Below are positions 28,604 through 38,050 of a stretch of 64,000 nucleotides of DNA, piece after piece. The stretch is from Deferribacterales bacterium (lineage in GTDB: Bacteria > Chrysiogenota > Deferribacteres > Deferribacterales > Geovibrionaceae): NCBI GenBank assembly GCA_050251945.1, contig JBFWLW010000003.1:128001-192000 (forward strand), given 5' to 3'. Position 1 is the stretch's first letter; every line of letters begins with the position of its first letter. Below the pieces are notes generated by a model. That model saw nothing but the letters and a program-made list of their open reading frames with translations. It was not told where the DNA came from and did not search any database. The position numbers were made by a program, and so were the translations under genes.

Positions 28604-29575
28604 ATGTTCCCCATTGACAGACCCAGAAGACTGAGAACCAGCGAAACAATGAGACGGATGGTGCGCGAAACCACACTAAGCGCGAATGACTTCATCTACC
28701 CGCTGTTCGTCTGCGAAGGCGAGAACATTAAAAATCCCGTGTCCTCAATGCCCGGCGTATTCCAGATGTCCATCGACAACATCGTTAAAGAGTGCGAAGA
28801 GGTGAAAGCCCTCGGTATCCCCGGCGTTATACTGTTCGGCATCCCCGCATACAAAGACGAAATGGGTTCCGAAGCCTATAACGAACACGGAATCATACAG
28901 AAAGCAATACGCGCCATTAAAGCACATGTCAAAGACCTGCTGGTCATAACTGACGTATGTATGTGCGAATACACGGACCACGGTCACTGCGGCATCATCA
29001 AGAACGGGGAAGTGGACAACGACGAAACGCTCCATTATCTCGCTCTTGAAACGCTTACACACGTCAAAGCAGGCGCGGATATGGTAGCACCCAGCGACAT
29101 GATGGACGGGCGCGTCGAAGAGATGCGCAACATTCTGGACGATAACGGTTTTTCAAACATCCCGATCATGAGCTATTCCGTCAAATACTGCTCCGCTTTC
29201 TACGGACCATTCCGCGAAGCGGCAGAATCCACACCGAAATTCGGCGATAGAAAAACTTATCAGATGGATCCGGCAAACCGCACAGAAGGCTTGAAAGAAG
29301 CGGCTCTTGATATTGCGGAGGGTGCTGATATTATTATGGTCAAACCTGCTCTGCCCTATCTGGACATCATCAGCGACCTGAAACAGAACTTCGACAGACC
29401 TGTTGCGGCATATCAGGTCAGCGGCGAATATGCCATGATAATGGCGGCTGATCAGCTCGGCTGGATGGACGGACACAGAGCCATGATGGAAGCGCTCACC
29501 TCGATAAAACGTGCGGGAGCTGATATAATCATAACCTATTACGCGAAGGAAGCGGCGAAAACTCTTGGGAAATAA
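28604..29575 (+). CDS. hemB: Delta-aminolevulinic acid dehydratase
   Basis: [42 protein letters not shown]. Confidence 0.97.
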   Translation: MFPIDRPRRLRTSETMRRMVRETTLSANDFIYPLFVCEGENIKNPVSSMPGVFQMSIDNIVKECEEVKALGIPGVILFGIPAYKDEMGSEAYNEHGIIQKAIRAIKAHVKDLLVITDVCMCEYTDHGHCGIIKNGEVDNDETLHYLALETLTHVKAGADMVAPSDMMDGRVEEMRNILDDNGFSNIPIMSYSVKYCSAFYGPFREAAESTPKFGDRKTYQMDPANRTEGLKEAALDIAEGADIIMVKPALPYLDIISDLKQNFDRPVAAYQVSGEYAMIMAADQLGWMDGHRAMMEALTSIKRAGADIIITYYAKEAAKTLGK

Positions 29576-30299
29576 AACAAATGCCTACAGGTGGCTTGAA
29601 GGCGAACTCGTTCAGATAGACCACATAGAAAAGGTTAAAAAAGGCGATCTTGTCGCCATAGACAGGCAGGTAGATCTGGCTGTCAGAAATGTCGAAGCGT
29701 TCGTAAAAGGCATACCTGCACTCAACATGCTCCTTTGGGGAGAGAAGGGTCTGGGCAAGTCAACTATGATAAAAATGCTGCTTACGGAATACGCTGAAGC
29801 CGGGCTTACGGCTGTTGAATTCCGCCATACGGACATAACGTATCTATATAGTCTATATAGCGAAATCCGCAAAATGCCCAACCGTTTCGTGATGATCTAT
29901 ATGGATGATATTTCGTTCGATTCAGGCGATTCCATGTACCGCCTTTTTAAGTCTATCCTTGAGGGCGGACTGGAAGAAAAACCGAAAAACTGCATCTTTG
30001 TGGCGACGTCAAATAAGCGTCACATGATAACTGAAAAGGCTGAAACCTTCGGAGATGTGTACGACAGGGACGAGGTTAACGAAAAAGCCTCTCTGTTCGC
30101 ACGCTTCGGGCTTGCCATCGGCTTTTATCCGTTAAATCCCAAAGACTACAAAAGAATTGTTAAATCATATTTCGAACTATTCGACATAGGTGCTTATGAA
30201 AACTGGGAAACAGAAGCCGAAGCCTATGCCATGGACAGAGGCGGAAGAAGCGGCAGAATTGCCAAACAGTTCGCTATTTACAAAAATATTTACAGATAA
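29565..30299 (+). CDS. DUF815 family AAA+ ATP-binding protein
   Basis: [48 protein letters not shown]. Confidence 0.85.
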   Translation: MGNKTNAYRWLEGELVQIDHIEKVKKGDLVAIDRQVDLAVRNVEAFVKGIPALNMLLWGEKGLGKSTMIKMLLTEYAEAGLTAVEFRHTDITYLYSLYSEIRKMPNRFVMIYMDDISFDSGDSMYRLFKSILEGGLEEKPKNCIFVATSNKRHMITEKAETFGDVYDRDEVNEKASLFARFGLAIGFYPLNPKDYKRIVKSYFELFDIGAYENWETEAEAYAMDRGGRSGRIAKQFAIYKNIYR

Positions 30300-30667
30300 T
30301 CAAGAATTTCAAAGTCACCGGGGGCGAGTTCTTTAGTTTTGAGCTCGTCCACGGTTCCCCAAAACATGTCAATATGCTCTTTCATTTCAAATCTGGTCGA
30401 AATAAGCTTTGAATGATAGAAGTGCAAAATTATTTTTCTTTCATGCGCAACTTTTTGAACTGTCTGGATAAAGCTGCACACTTTTACGTCTGCATCGAAT
30501 TCTTCCAGCATTTCGCGGACAAGCGCCTGTTCGTGTGTCTCGCCCGGCTCAACCTTTCCGCCGGGGAATTCCCAAAAACCTCCGAGCTGTCTGTCCAGCG
30601 GGCGGCGCGCTATGAAATATTTTCCGTCTCTGTTGAGAACCGCCGCGACTACATCAATTTCTTTCAT
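30290..30667 (-). CDS. MutT-like Nudix hydrolase
   Basis: WEFPGGKVEPGETHEQALVREMLEE. Confidence 0.9.
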   Translation of the reverse strand: MKEIDVVAAVLNRDGKYFIARRPLDRQLGGFWEFPGGKVEPGETHEQALVREMLEEFDADVKVCSFIQTVQKVAHERKIILHFYHSKLISTRFEMKEHIDMFWGTVDELKTKELAPGDFEILDYL

Positions 30668-30683
30668 AAGACCTTAAACAATT

Positions 30684-30762
30684 GAGATCGCCGCGTCGCT
30701 AAGCTCCTCGCGAAGACGAAATCGGTCTCTGCGAGGAAGCCGCAGGCTGACGCGGCAGTCTC
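30684..30762. repeat. REP-like inverted doublet
   Basis: gagatcgccgcgtc...cctcgcgaagac-spacer-gtctctgcgagg...gacgcggcagtctc. Confidence 0.88.
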
Positions 30763-30769
30763 ATTATAA

Positions 30770-31942
30770 TTATTTTCTATCTAAGATATCAATTCCCGGG
30801 AGAGAACCGAACTCAATAAACTCAAGTGAAGCACCGCCGCCCGTTGATATATGGTCGATACTGTCGCTTACTCCTGCAAGGTTCACAGCCGCAACCGAAT
30901 CCCCTCCGCCGACAACAACCGTTCCTTCCGCCCCGCCAAGTGCGCGGGCTATGGAAAATGTGCCGTTAGCGTACAGGGGGTTCTCGAAAACTCCCATGGG
31001 ACCGTTCCAGAGTATGGTTTTGCACCTGTTCAGCTCATGGATATACATATCCGCGGTTTTCGGACCGATATCAAGCCCCATGCATCCGTCCGGAATATCC
31101 GCACAGTCGCATGCTGTCGGTTCCCCGCAGAATTCTTCGGATATGACATGATCCACAGGAAGCATTATTTTGACCTGCTTCTTTTTTGCCATGGTAAATA
31201 TCTCTTCCACAACGTTGAGCTGGTCGTCTTCAACCATCGACGTGCCGACAGTGTGCCCCTGATATTTCAGAAACGTATAAGCCATTGCGCCGCCAACAAA
31301 GATATCGTCGGCAAGTTCCAAAAGGGACTTGATGACGCCTATCTTATCGGAAACCTTCGCACCGCCTACAATGGCGCCGAATGGTCTTGCGGGATTCTTA
31401 ATAAGCTGACTGAAATACTGTATCTCTTTTTCCACAAGGAAACCTGCCGCCTTGTCATGGATAAGTTCTGCCATGCCGTATGTGGATGCGTGTTTACGGT
31501 GGCACGTGCCGAACGCATCGTTGATGTATACGTCTGCATTTGCGGCAAGCGCTTTGACAAATTCGGGGTCGTTCTTCTCTTCGCCTTTATAGTAACGCAG
31601 GTTTTCAAGAAGGATAACGTCGCCGTCTTTCATCTTTGCCACAGCGTCAGCAACCGGTGCGCCGATACAGTCATCAACAAACGTAACGGGCATAAATTTG
31701 TCCGTTATATATTTTGCAACGGGAGCAAGCGTATAATCGGGGTTCTTCTCACCTTTGGGTCTGCCGAGGTGGGAAGCAAGGATAACCTTCGCACCCTGTC
31801 CCTGTGCATAGCGGATGGTCTTCATAGCCTCCACAATGCGGGTGTCGTCTTTAACGACGCCGCTTTTAACGGGAACATTGAAATCTACGCGGATGAATAC
31901 TCTTTTTCCTTTCAGGTTCAGATCTTTGATACACTTCGCCAT
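30770..31942 (-). CDS. pgk: Phosphoglycerate kinase
   Basis: RVDFNVP, SHLGRP, LLENLR, GGAKVSDK, WNGPMGVFE, ISTGGGASLE. Confidence 0.98.
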   Translation of the reverse strand: MAKCIKDLNLKGKRVFIRVDFNVPVKSGVVKDDTRIVEAMKTIRYAQGQGAKVILASHLGRPKGEKNPDYTLAPVAKYITDKFMPVTFVDDCIGAPVADAVAKMKDGDVILLENLRYYKGEEKNDPEFVKALAANADVYINDAFGTCHRKHASTYGMAELIHDKAAGFLVEKEIQYFSQLIKNPARPFGAIVGGAKVSDKIGVIKSLLELADDIFVGGAMAYTFLKYQGHTVGTSMVEDDQLNVVEEIFTMAKKKQVKIMLPVDHVISEEFCGEPTACDCADIPDGCMGLDIGPKTADMYIHELNRCKTILWNGPMGVFENPLYANGTFSIARALGGAEGTVVVGGGDSVAAVNLAGVSDSIDHISTGGGASLEFIEFGSLPGIDILDRK

Positions 31943-31951
31943 AAATAACCC

Positions 31952-32950
31952 TTAAAGCACTTTAGTCAGCAGCTCGGCACAACGGTTTGAGTAGCCCCAT
32001 TCGTTGTCATACCAGCTTACTATCTTCACCATGTTGCCTTCAAGCACCATTGTGAGCAGAGAATCGAATGTTGATGATGCAGGTTCGCCGTTCAGGTCGA
32101 TGGAAACAAGTGGTTCGTCGGTATAACGCAGAATTCCTTTCATCGGGCCTTCGGCGGCTTTTTTCATAGCCTCGTTAACAGCCTCTTTTGTTGTCCCGGC
32201 TGCAAGCTCAACTGTCAAGTCGACCAGAGAAACATTGGGCGTGGGGACACGTACGGCGTAGCCTGTCAGCTTGCCTTTCAGCTCCGGCAGAACCAGCCCG
32301 ACAGCTTTTGCCGCACCTGTTGAGGTGGGGATCATACTGACCGCACAAGCTCTCGCACGGCGAAGGTCTTTGTGGGGCAAATCAAGCACGTTCTGGTCGT
32401 TTGTATATGAGTGGACTGTGGTCATGATACCTTTTTTCAGTCCGAATGTGTCGTTGAGAACTTTGGCAACAGGAGCAAGACAGTTTGTCGTGCATGAAGC
32501 GTTTGAAATGATGTGATGTTTTGTCCTGTCATACTGGCTGTCGTTAACGCCGATAACAAGCGTAAGGTCGACCTCTTCGCCGGGTGCGGAGATAACAACC
32601 TTTTTAGCACCGGCGTCTATGTGTTTCTGTGCAAGGGGACCTTTTGTAAATCTGCCGGTGGATTCCAGAACAACATCAACACCCAGTTCTTTCCAGGGAA
32701 GAAGAGCGGGGTCTTTCTCTGCACATATCTTCACTTTTTTACCGTTGATAATAATACCGTCTTCCGCGGCCTCCACATCAAACTTAGCGGGTCCGTGAAC
32801 AGAGTCATATTTGAGCAGATGCGCCAGAGTTTTGGTATCTGTGAGGTCGTTGATCGCCACGATATCGACATCAAGTCCGCGCTGGACGATCGCCCTGAGA
32901 GTACAGCGTCCGATACGTCCGAAACCGTTGATTCCAAGTTTTACACCCAT
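31952..32950 (-). CDS. gap: Glyceraldehyde-3-phosphate dehydrogenase type I
   Basis: GINGFGRIGR, ASCTTNCL, WYDNEWGYS. Confidence 0.98.
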   Translation of the reverse strand: MGVKLGINGFGRIGRCTLRAIVQRGLDVDIVAINDLTDTKTLAHLLKYDSVHGPAKFDVEAAEDGIIINGKKVKICAEKDPALLPWKELGVDVVLESTGRFTKGPLAQKHIDAGAKKVVISAPGEEVDLTLVIGVNDSQYDRTKHHIISNASCTTNCLAPVAKVLNDTFGLKKGIMTTVHSYTNDQNVLDLPHKDLRRARACAVSMIPTSTGAAKAVGLVLPELKGKLTGYAVRVPTPNVSLVDLTVELAAGTTKEAVNEAMKKAAEGPMKGILRYTDEPLVSIDLNGEPASSTFDSLLTMVLEGNMVKIVSWYDNEWGYSNRCAELLTKVL

Positions 32951-32997
32951 TTTAACCTCCGGTATAATCTCTTGTCCTGATATTTAAAGATGTTATA

Positions 32998-34182
32998 TTA
33001 ATCGCTCTCGGGCGGCGCTTCAAGCTTAAGGTGACGTCTGATGGATTTTATCTCGTCTGTCACCATCTTAAGCAGCGTTCCGAGTTCTTTGTCCGTAACA
33101 ACGGATTTTTTATTTACAGTATTTATAAGCCTTTCAAGCTGATAGACCGTCCGTTTGCTCAGGTCGTTATACTTCTCCTGCTGAAGCTCCAGAGTACTCT
33201 GGAAGTTCTTAAGGGCGGTTGCGGAACGCACCAGCTTGTTCTTTATGTCCTTGTTCTCCTGCCGGAGCTTAAGAAGTTCGTTTATGTTATCGTCCGCAAA
33301 AAGCTTTTCCAGCGCTTTGCTCATCTTGCGGTTTTTCAGGAACACTTCGTCATAGTTCTTTTCAAGGTCTTTGTACGCCTTTTTCAGATCACCGATCTCG
33401 TTCATTTTATCAACTTCGGCCTTCTGAAAGGTTTTGACCCGTTCTTTATATTTTTCGATGGACTGGACGAGATGGAAGTGCTCAGTAATGTCGAACATAA
33501 ACTCGCCGAACTCGTTCAGTTCACCGGTCTGGTCGTAGACAGGGAACATATGGTGCTCGAAATGGAGCGTTTCGCTCCCTTTTTCGATACGGATGTTCTG
33601 GGAACCGACGTTTTCGCCAGCCATTATCTCCGCCATACGGCAGAAAGTACAGGGTTCCGTCCGCCCGTGTATAACTTCATAACACTTCTTGCCCATCATC
33701 TGCGGGATATTGCTCTCTCCGAGGAAATCGGCAAGCGCCTTGTTAACGTTTATTATCAGATATTCGCCTGAAACACTGAACAGAGGCATCTTGAGACCGT
33801 CCAGCAGTTTCATCATCTTCATCCGGCTGTGGCGAAGCACCCTGACAGATTCCTGCGCCTCCATCATCACGCCGTTGAATGAACGCGCGATGGCGTTAAG
33901 ATGCTTACGGTTCTTGTCAGAATTTATCATCACGACGACCCTTTCGCCCTCCTGCACGGTTCGCAGGAAGTAGAAGGACATCATGTTCTCGCCCTTTTTA
34001 AACGACTGGAAGAACGTCTCTTCACTGTCGAGATAGGACTTCATGGTCACAGGCACCGGCACTTTTTCGTGCTGACCGGCAACAACCTGATAAAAGGCTC
34101 CATGATCGGGTAAATAAATATATACAGGGAAGGAGCAGTCCCTGAACATGATGGAGACTCTGGATATAAGCGTGTTCATCAC
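32998..34182 (-). CDS. PAS domain protein with long C-terminal coiled coil
   Basis: VNKALADFLG...KCYEVIHGRTEPCTFC...FDITE, then heptad-rich region. Exact start uncertain (34182 or 34179). Confidence 0.7.
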   Translation of the reverse strand: MMNTLISRVSIMFRDCSFPVYIYLPDHGAFYQVVAGQHEKVPVPVTMKSYLDSEETFFQSFKKGENMMSFYFLRTVQEGERVVVMINSDKNRKHLNAIARSFNGVMMEAQESVRVLRHSRMKMMKLLDGLKMPLFSVSGEYLIINVNKALADFLGESNIPQMMGKKCYEVIHGRTEPCTFCRMAEIMAGENVGSQNIRIEKGSETLHFEHHMFPVYDQTGELNEFGEFMFDITEHFHLVQSIEKYKERVKTFQKAEVDKMNEIGDLKKAYKDLEKNYDEVFLKNRKMSKALEKLFADDNINELLKLRQENKDIKNKLVRSATALKNFQSTLELQQEKYNDLSKRTVYQLERLINTVNKKSVVTDKELGTLLKMVTDEIKSIRRHLKLEAPPESD

Positions 34183-34214
34183 TACCTCTTGAATGTGCAG
34201 GAAAAACCGATAGC

Positions 34215-34874
34215 CTAGTAACGTCCGCCCGTAAGAACGTAAACGTCGGTTTTAACCGCACCCGCCTGTTTCAGAATTTTGCAGCACTCCTTAACAGTGG
34301 CGCCTGTGGTTATAATATCATCAACAAGTAGAATTTTCAAACCACTTAAGTCTCTGCCACATAAAAAAGCACCCTTTACGTTAAGATGTCTCATGCGGCT
34401 TTTAAGCTTATACTGGTATTCTGTCTTTCTATTTCTCACAAGCAAAGGCTCATAATGCGCACCGGTCTGCGTTGCAATATGCTTCGCAAGGCTGCGCGCC
34501 GGATGGGCTATCCTTCTAAGCTTTCTCGTGAAATGTGATGGAACGTCCGTGATAATATCATATTTTTGTAAGAATCCGGCATGAACCAGCCAACCGAGAC
34601 TGCCCATACCCGTTACTCTGTATCCGAATTTTATCTGAAGCAGGAGCTTTTTCAACACTCCCGTATATCTGTAGTCGATGTATATCCTGTCCCACGGCGC
34701 ACCGCCGAGACAGTGTCCGCAGACTTTCGCATCAGTACCGAGCGGATGTCCGCAGTTTTTACAGAAATGATCATAACCCGCAAGCAGGCTTCTGCATTTT
34801 TCGCAAAGAGGCAGTCCGGTTTCGCACCTGCCTTTGCATCCTGCGCACTCCGGCGCAAATATTTCGCTGAGCAT
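34215..34874 (-). CDS. ComF family phosphoribosyltransferase-like protein
   Basis: N-terminal CxxC pairs; ILLVDDIITTGAT. Confidence 0.88.
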   Translation of the reverse strand: MLSEIFAPECAGCKGRCETGLPLCEKCRSLLAGYDHFCKNCGHPLGTDAKVCGHCLGGAPWDRIYIDYRYTGVLKKLLLQIKFGYRVTGMGSLGWLVHAGFLQKYDIITDVPSHFTRKLRRIAHPARSLAKHIATQTGAHYEPLLVRNRKTEYQYKLKSRMRHLNVKGAFLCGRDLSGLKILLVDDIITTGATVKECCKILKQAGAVKTDVYVLTGGRY

Positions 34875-36391
34875 TATCTGATAAGGAGGCTTTCTCCCGT
34901 CATCTCAGCGGGTTTTTCTATGCCGATGATATCAAGCAGAGTGGGGGCGATGTCAGCCAGCTTGCCCGTTTTATCCGTGAGTTTGCAGCCATAGTTATAT
35001 ATGATGAACGGAACAGGATTCAGAGTATGTGCCGTATGGGGCTGATTGTTCACGTAGTCCCACATAAGTTCGCAGTTGCCGTGATCTGCCGTAACGGCGA
35101 GAACAGCATTCTTCTCTTTAACAATCTTCATAACCTCGCCGAGGCATTCGTCAACCGCAATACACGCTTTGACCGCCGCTTCAAGTATGCCGGAATGTCC
35201 GACCATATCAGGGTTCGCAAAGTTCATAATAACGACATCAACGGAATCTATCTCCTGTTTAAACCTGTCCAGAACCTGATAAACACTCATCTGGGGTTTA
35301 AGGTCGTAAGTTGCAACGTCTCTGGGAGATTCCAGCAGTGCGCGTTTCTCGCCCTCGAAGACAGTCTCCGCGCCGCCGTTAAAGAAATAAGTAACGTGGG
35401 CGTATTTTTCGGTTTCAGCAATGCGAAGCTGTTTCAGCCCGTGTTTGCTAACCACCTCGCCGAATATATTCTTAAGAGCTTCCGGTCCGAAAGCGTATGG
35501 ACACGGAAACTTGCTGTCGTATTGCGTAAGCGTCATGAAATGTACGGCGGGTGTGACACGGGCAAACTCTGTGAAGGATTTATCCGTGAACACGGTGGTA
35601 AGCTGTCTCGCTCTGTCCGCACGGAAGTTAAAGAAGAAAACCCCGTCACCGTCGTTTACTTTGCCGTCAAAACCTGTGATAACCGTCGGTTTTATGAACT
35701 CGTCGGTCTCGCCTCTGTCATAGCCAGCCTGAACAGCTTTGCACGGGTCGTCAGCTTCAAGTCCCACGCCTTCGCGCAGGGCTTCATACCCGAGCTTTGT
35801 TCTGTCCCAGCGTTTGTCCCGGTCCATCGGGTAGTAACGCCCGGAAACAGTGGCAACCCTGCCGCAGTCAAGTTCATTCATATATGAAGTCAGCTCCTGC
35901 ATATATCCCAGACCGCTTTTTGGCGGAGTGTCCCGACCGTCCATAAAAGCATGGACGTAAACTTCGGGGATGCCGAACTGTTTCGCTATTGCTATTATAC
36001 CTTTGAGATGATCTATATGGCTATGCACCCCGCCGTCGGACAGAAGTCCGAAAAGATGCAGCCTGCCCGTATCCGACTTAACAGTATTCAGAAATGCCGC
36101 AAACTCCGGATTCTTTGCCATGCTGCCGTCTTTTATGGCGAGGCTCACGCGCAGAAGTTCCTGATAAACAATGCGTCCGGCTCCGATGTTTGTGTGTCCC
36201 ACTTCGGAGTTGCCCATCTGCCCCTTAGGAAGACCGACATACTCTTCGCTGGCGTTAAGCTTCGTATGCGGACACTCCGCCATCAGCTTAAAGAAATTCG
36301 GCGCTTTGCTTATTCTGATAGAATTATATTCTTCTTCATCCCTGAGACCCCAGCCGTCTAGGATGAGCAGTACGGTTTTCTGATTCGACAT
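34874..36391 (-). CDS. gpmI: 2,3-BPG-independent phosphoglycerate mutase
   Basis: LILDGWG, GQMGNSEVGH, DGGVHSH, DGRDT, AETEKYAHVT, TADHGN; start MSNQK at 36391. Confidence 0.97.
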   Translation of the reverse strand: MSNQKTVLLILDGWGLRDEEEYNSIRISKAPNFFKLMAECPHTKLNASEEYVGLPKGQMGNSEVGHTNIGAGRIVYQELLRVSLAIKDGSMAKNPEFAAFLNTVKSDTGRLHLFGLLSDGGVHSHIDHLKGIIAIAKQFGIPEVYVHAFMDGRDTPPKSGLGYMQELTSYMNELDCGRVATVSGRYYPMDRDKRWDRTKLGYEALREGVGLEADDPCKAVQAGYDRGETDEFIKPTVITGFDGKVNDGDGVFFFNFRADRARQLTTVFTDKSFTEFARVTPAVHFMTLTQYDSKFPCPYAFGPEALKNIFGEVVSKHGLKQLRIAETEKYAHVTYFFNGGAETVFEGEKRALLESPRDVATYDLKPQMSVYQVLDRFKQEIDSVDVVIMNFANPDMVGHSGILEAAVKACIAVDECLGEVMKIVKEKNAVLAVTADHGNCELMWDYVNNQPHTAHTLNPVPFIIYNYGCKLTDKTGKLADIAPTLLDIIGIEKPAEMTGESLLIR

Positions 36392-36434
36392 GACATGCTC
36401 CAAAAGATTGGCGATCTGAACGTGAGTGTAGCAC

Positions 36435-36466
36435 AAAAAAGAAAACCCCGCCATAAGAGACGGGGT
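36435..36466 (-). terminator. Rho-independent terminator after the dksA-like gene
   Basis: Minus strand accccg-loop-cggggt followed by tttctttttt. Confidence 0.7.
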
Positions 36467-36471
36467 GTCAG

Positions 36472-36834
36472 TTACATCTTGATAAGACCTTTCTTTTCCA
36501 GCTCGGTCTTGCAGTCGGTGCAGTATCTGGCAAAGGGAACATACTCGAGGCGCTTGTCCTCAATGTCCTCTTCGCACTCGATACACACGCCATAGGTGCC
36601 GTTTCCGATGCGCACCAGCGCCTGTTCGATGAGGCGGAGCTTAAGAGCGTCCGTTTCAACGCGTCCGAGCATAAGGTTTTTGTTATAGAGATTATATGCT
36701 TCATCCGCGGCGTCCTGAGTTCCGTCCCCGCCGAGGCTCATTGCATCCTGATATCTCTCGTTAAGCTTGTCGATGAGTTCTCTCCTCATCTTAAGCAGTT
36801 TGTCCCTGTGGTAGTTCAGTCTTTCCCTGTCCAT
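36472..36834 (-). CDS. TraR/DksA family C4 zinc-finger protein
   Basis: DAADEA coiled-coil tip; GTYGVCIECEEDI...RL..VP.ARYCTDC. Confidence 0.92.
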   Translation of the reverse strand: MDRERLNYHRDKLLKMRRELIDKLNERYQDAMSLGGDGTQDAADEAYNLYNKNLMLGRVETDALKLRLIEQALVRIGNGTYGVCIECEEDIEDKRLEYVPFARYCTDCKTELEKKGLIKM

Positions 36835-36890
36835 ACCAGCCCTCCTTCAAAGCCAGATGTAAAAGCAGAAAAGCCTTTTACACGCAGTTT

Positions 36891-37298
36891 CTATTTATGA
36901 TACGGATGACCGTTCATTATGGTCAGCGCCCTGTAAATCTGTTCCGCCAGAACCAAAAGACTGACCCTGTGTGCCATTGTCATTTCGGACAGCGAAATAA
37001 ATTCTTTAGCCGATGCGCGAACATCAGCCGGCAGACCCTCTGCCTCACCGATGTAAAAAGTCACATCCCCGTAGGTTTCAATGCGTTTATTCAGCCATTC
37101 GGCGAATTTTTCGCTTGAAAATTTAGTCCCCGCGGGATCCATTCCAACCAGAAGTCCTTTGTGGTTACCGCCGTGACCGTTTTTATCAACCTCGACCGTA
37201 ACAGGCATGAAGCCGCCAGACATTTTTATATATCTGTCAACTAAACTCTTTATTTCCGGCTCTTTAATTTTGGATGCCATAACAATTTTTATCAGCAT
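36891..37298 (-). CDS. rlmH: 23S rRNA (pseudouridine1915-N3)-methyltransferase
   Basis: FYIGEAEGL, ISLSEMT..H....VLAEQIYRA..I..GHPYHK. Confidence 0.92.
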   Translation of the reverse strand: MLIKIVMASKIKEPEIKSLVDRYIKMSGGFMPVTVEVDKNGHGGNHKGLLVGMDPAGTKFSSEKFAEWLNKRIETYGDVTFYIGEAEGLPADVRASAKEFISLSEMTMAHRVSLLVLAEQIYRALTIMNGHPYHK

Positions 37299-37366
37299 CG
37301 GAATTGCTCGTAAAATATAGAATGAGTTTTACTCTGTCAACTCTTTTCGGAGTGAAAGAATACTTT

Positions 37367-38050
37367 TTACAAATTCCTCGTAAATTCATACAGTATAACA
37401 GCCGCGCTCTGAGCAACGTTCAGAGAGTCAATATCCCCGCGCATGGGGATTTTCACGTGGGTATCCGCAAGCTCCAGAAGAGCGGGTCGTATACCTTTGC
37501 CTTCCGAACCCATGATGAGAATGGATTTGGGGTCGAAAGCGGCATCTTTAAGAGCTGTCTGACCGTTAACATCCGCGGCATACACCTTGTATCCTGCGTC
37601 TTTCAGCTTTTTAAGTGCTGTCGCGGTGTTGACCGCGCCAACCACAAGCGTATGAAATATAGTGCCGCTGGATGCTTTGCAAACCGCAGCCGTAACCGGA
37701 GACTGTTTATCGAAGCCGACCATCACGGTCTTTACGCCGAAACAGTTTGCCGCTCGGATTATCGCACCGTAATTATGCGGGTCGAATATCCTGTCCAGAA
37801 TAACTATAGGTCCGTTTTCAATTATCTTGTCGAATGCCTTGTCGAAGTTCTTCGGCTCGATATCTTTTACGTCGGCGGCAACGCCCTGCGCCTCCTGACC
37901 GAAAAAGTGTTCAAACTCTTTCGAGCCGTAAGTTCTGTATTCCACTGTGTATCGTTTGGGGTCGAAAGTGGAGTTCACCTTCACATGAAGGAGTTTTACC
38001 ATGTCAAGCTTAAGAGCTTCCTCAACTGTGTTGCGTCCGTGAATTATCAT
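37367..38050 (-). CDS. rlmB: 23S rRNA (guanosine2251-2'-O)-methyltransferase
   Basis: DPHNYGAIIR, MGSEGKG, IPMRG..DSLNV. Confidence 0.9.
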   Translation of the reverse strand: MIIHGRNTVEEALKLDMVKLLHVKVNSTFDPKRYTVEYRTYGSKEFEHFFGQEAQGVAADVKDIEPKNFDKAFDKIIENGPIVILDRIFDPHNYGAIIRAANCFGVKTVMVGFDKQSPVTAAVCKASSGTIFHTLVVGAVNTATALKKLKDAGYKVYAADVNGQTALKDAAFDPKSILIMGSEGKGIRPALLELADTHVKIPMRGDIDSLNVAQSAAVILYEFTRNL

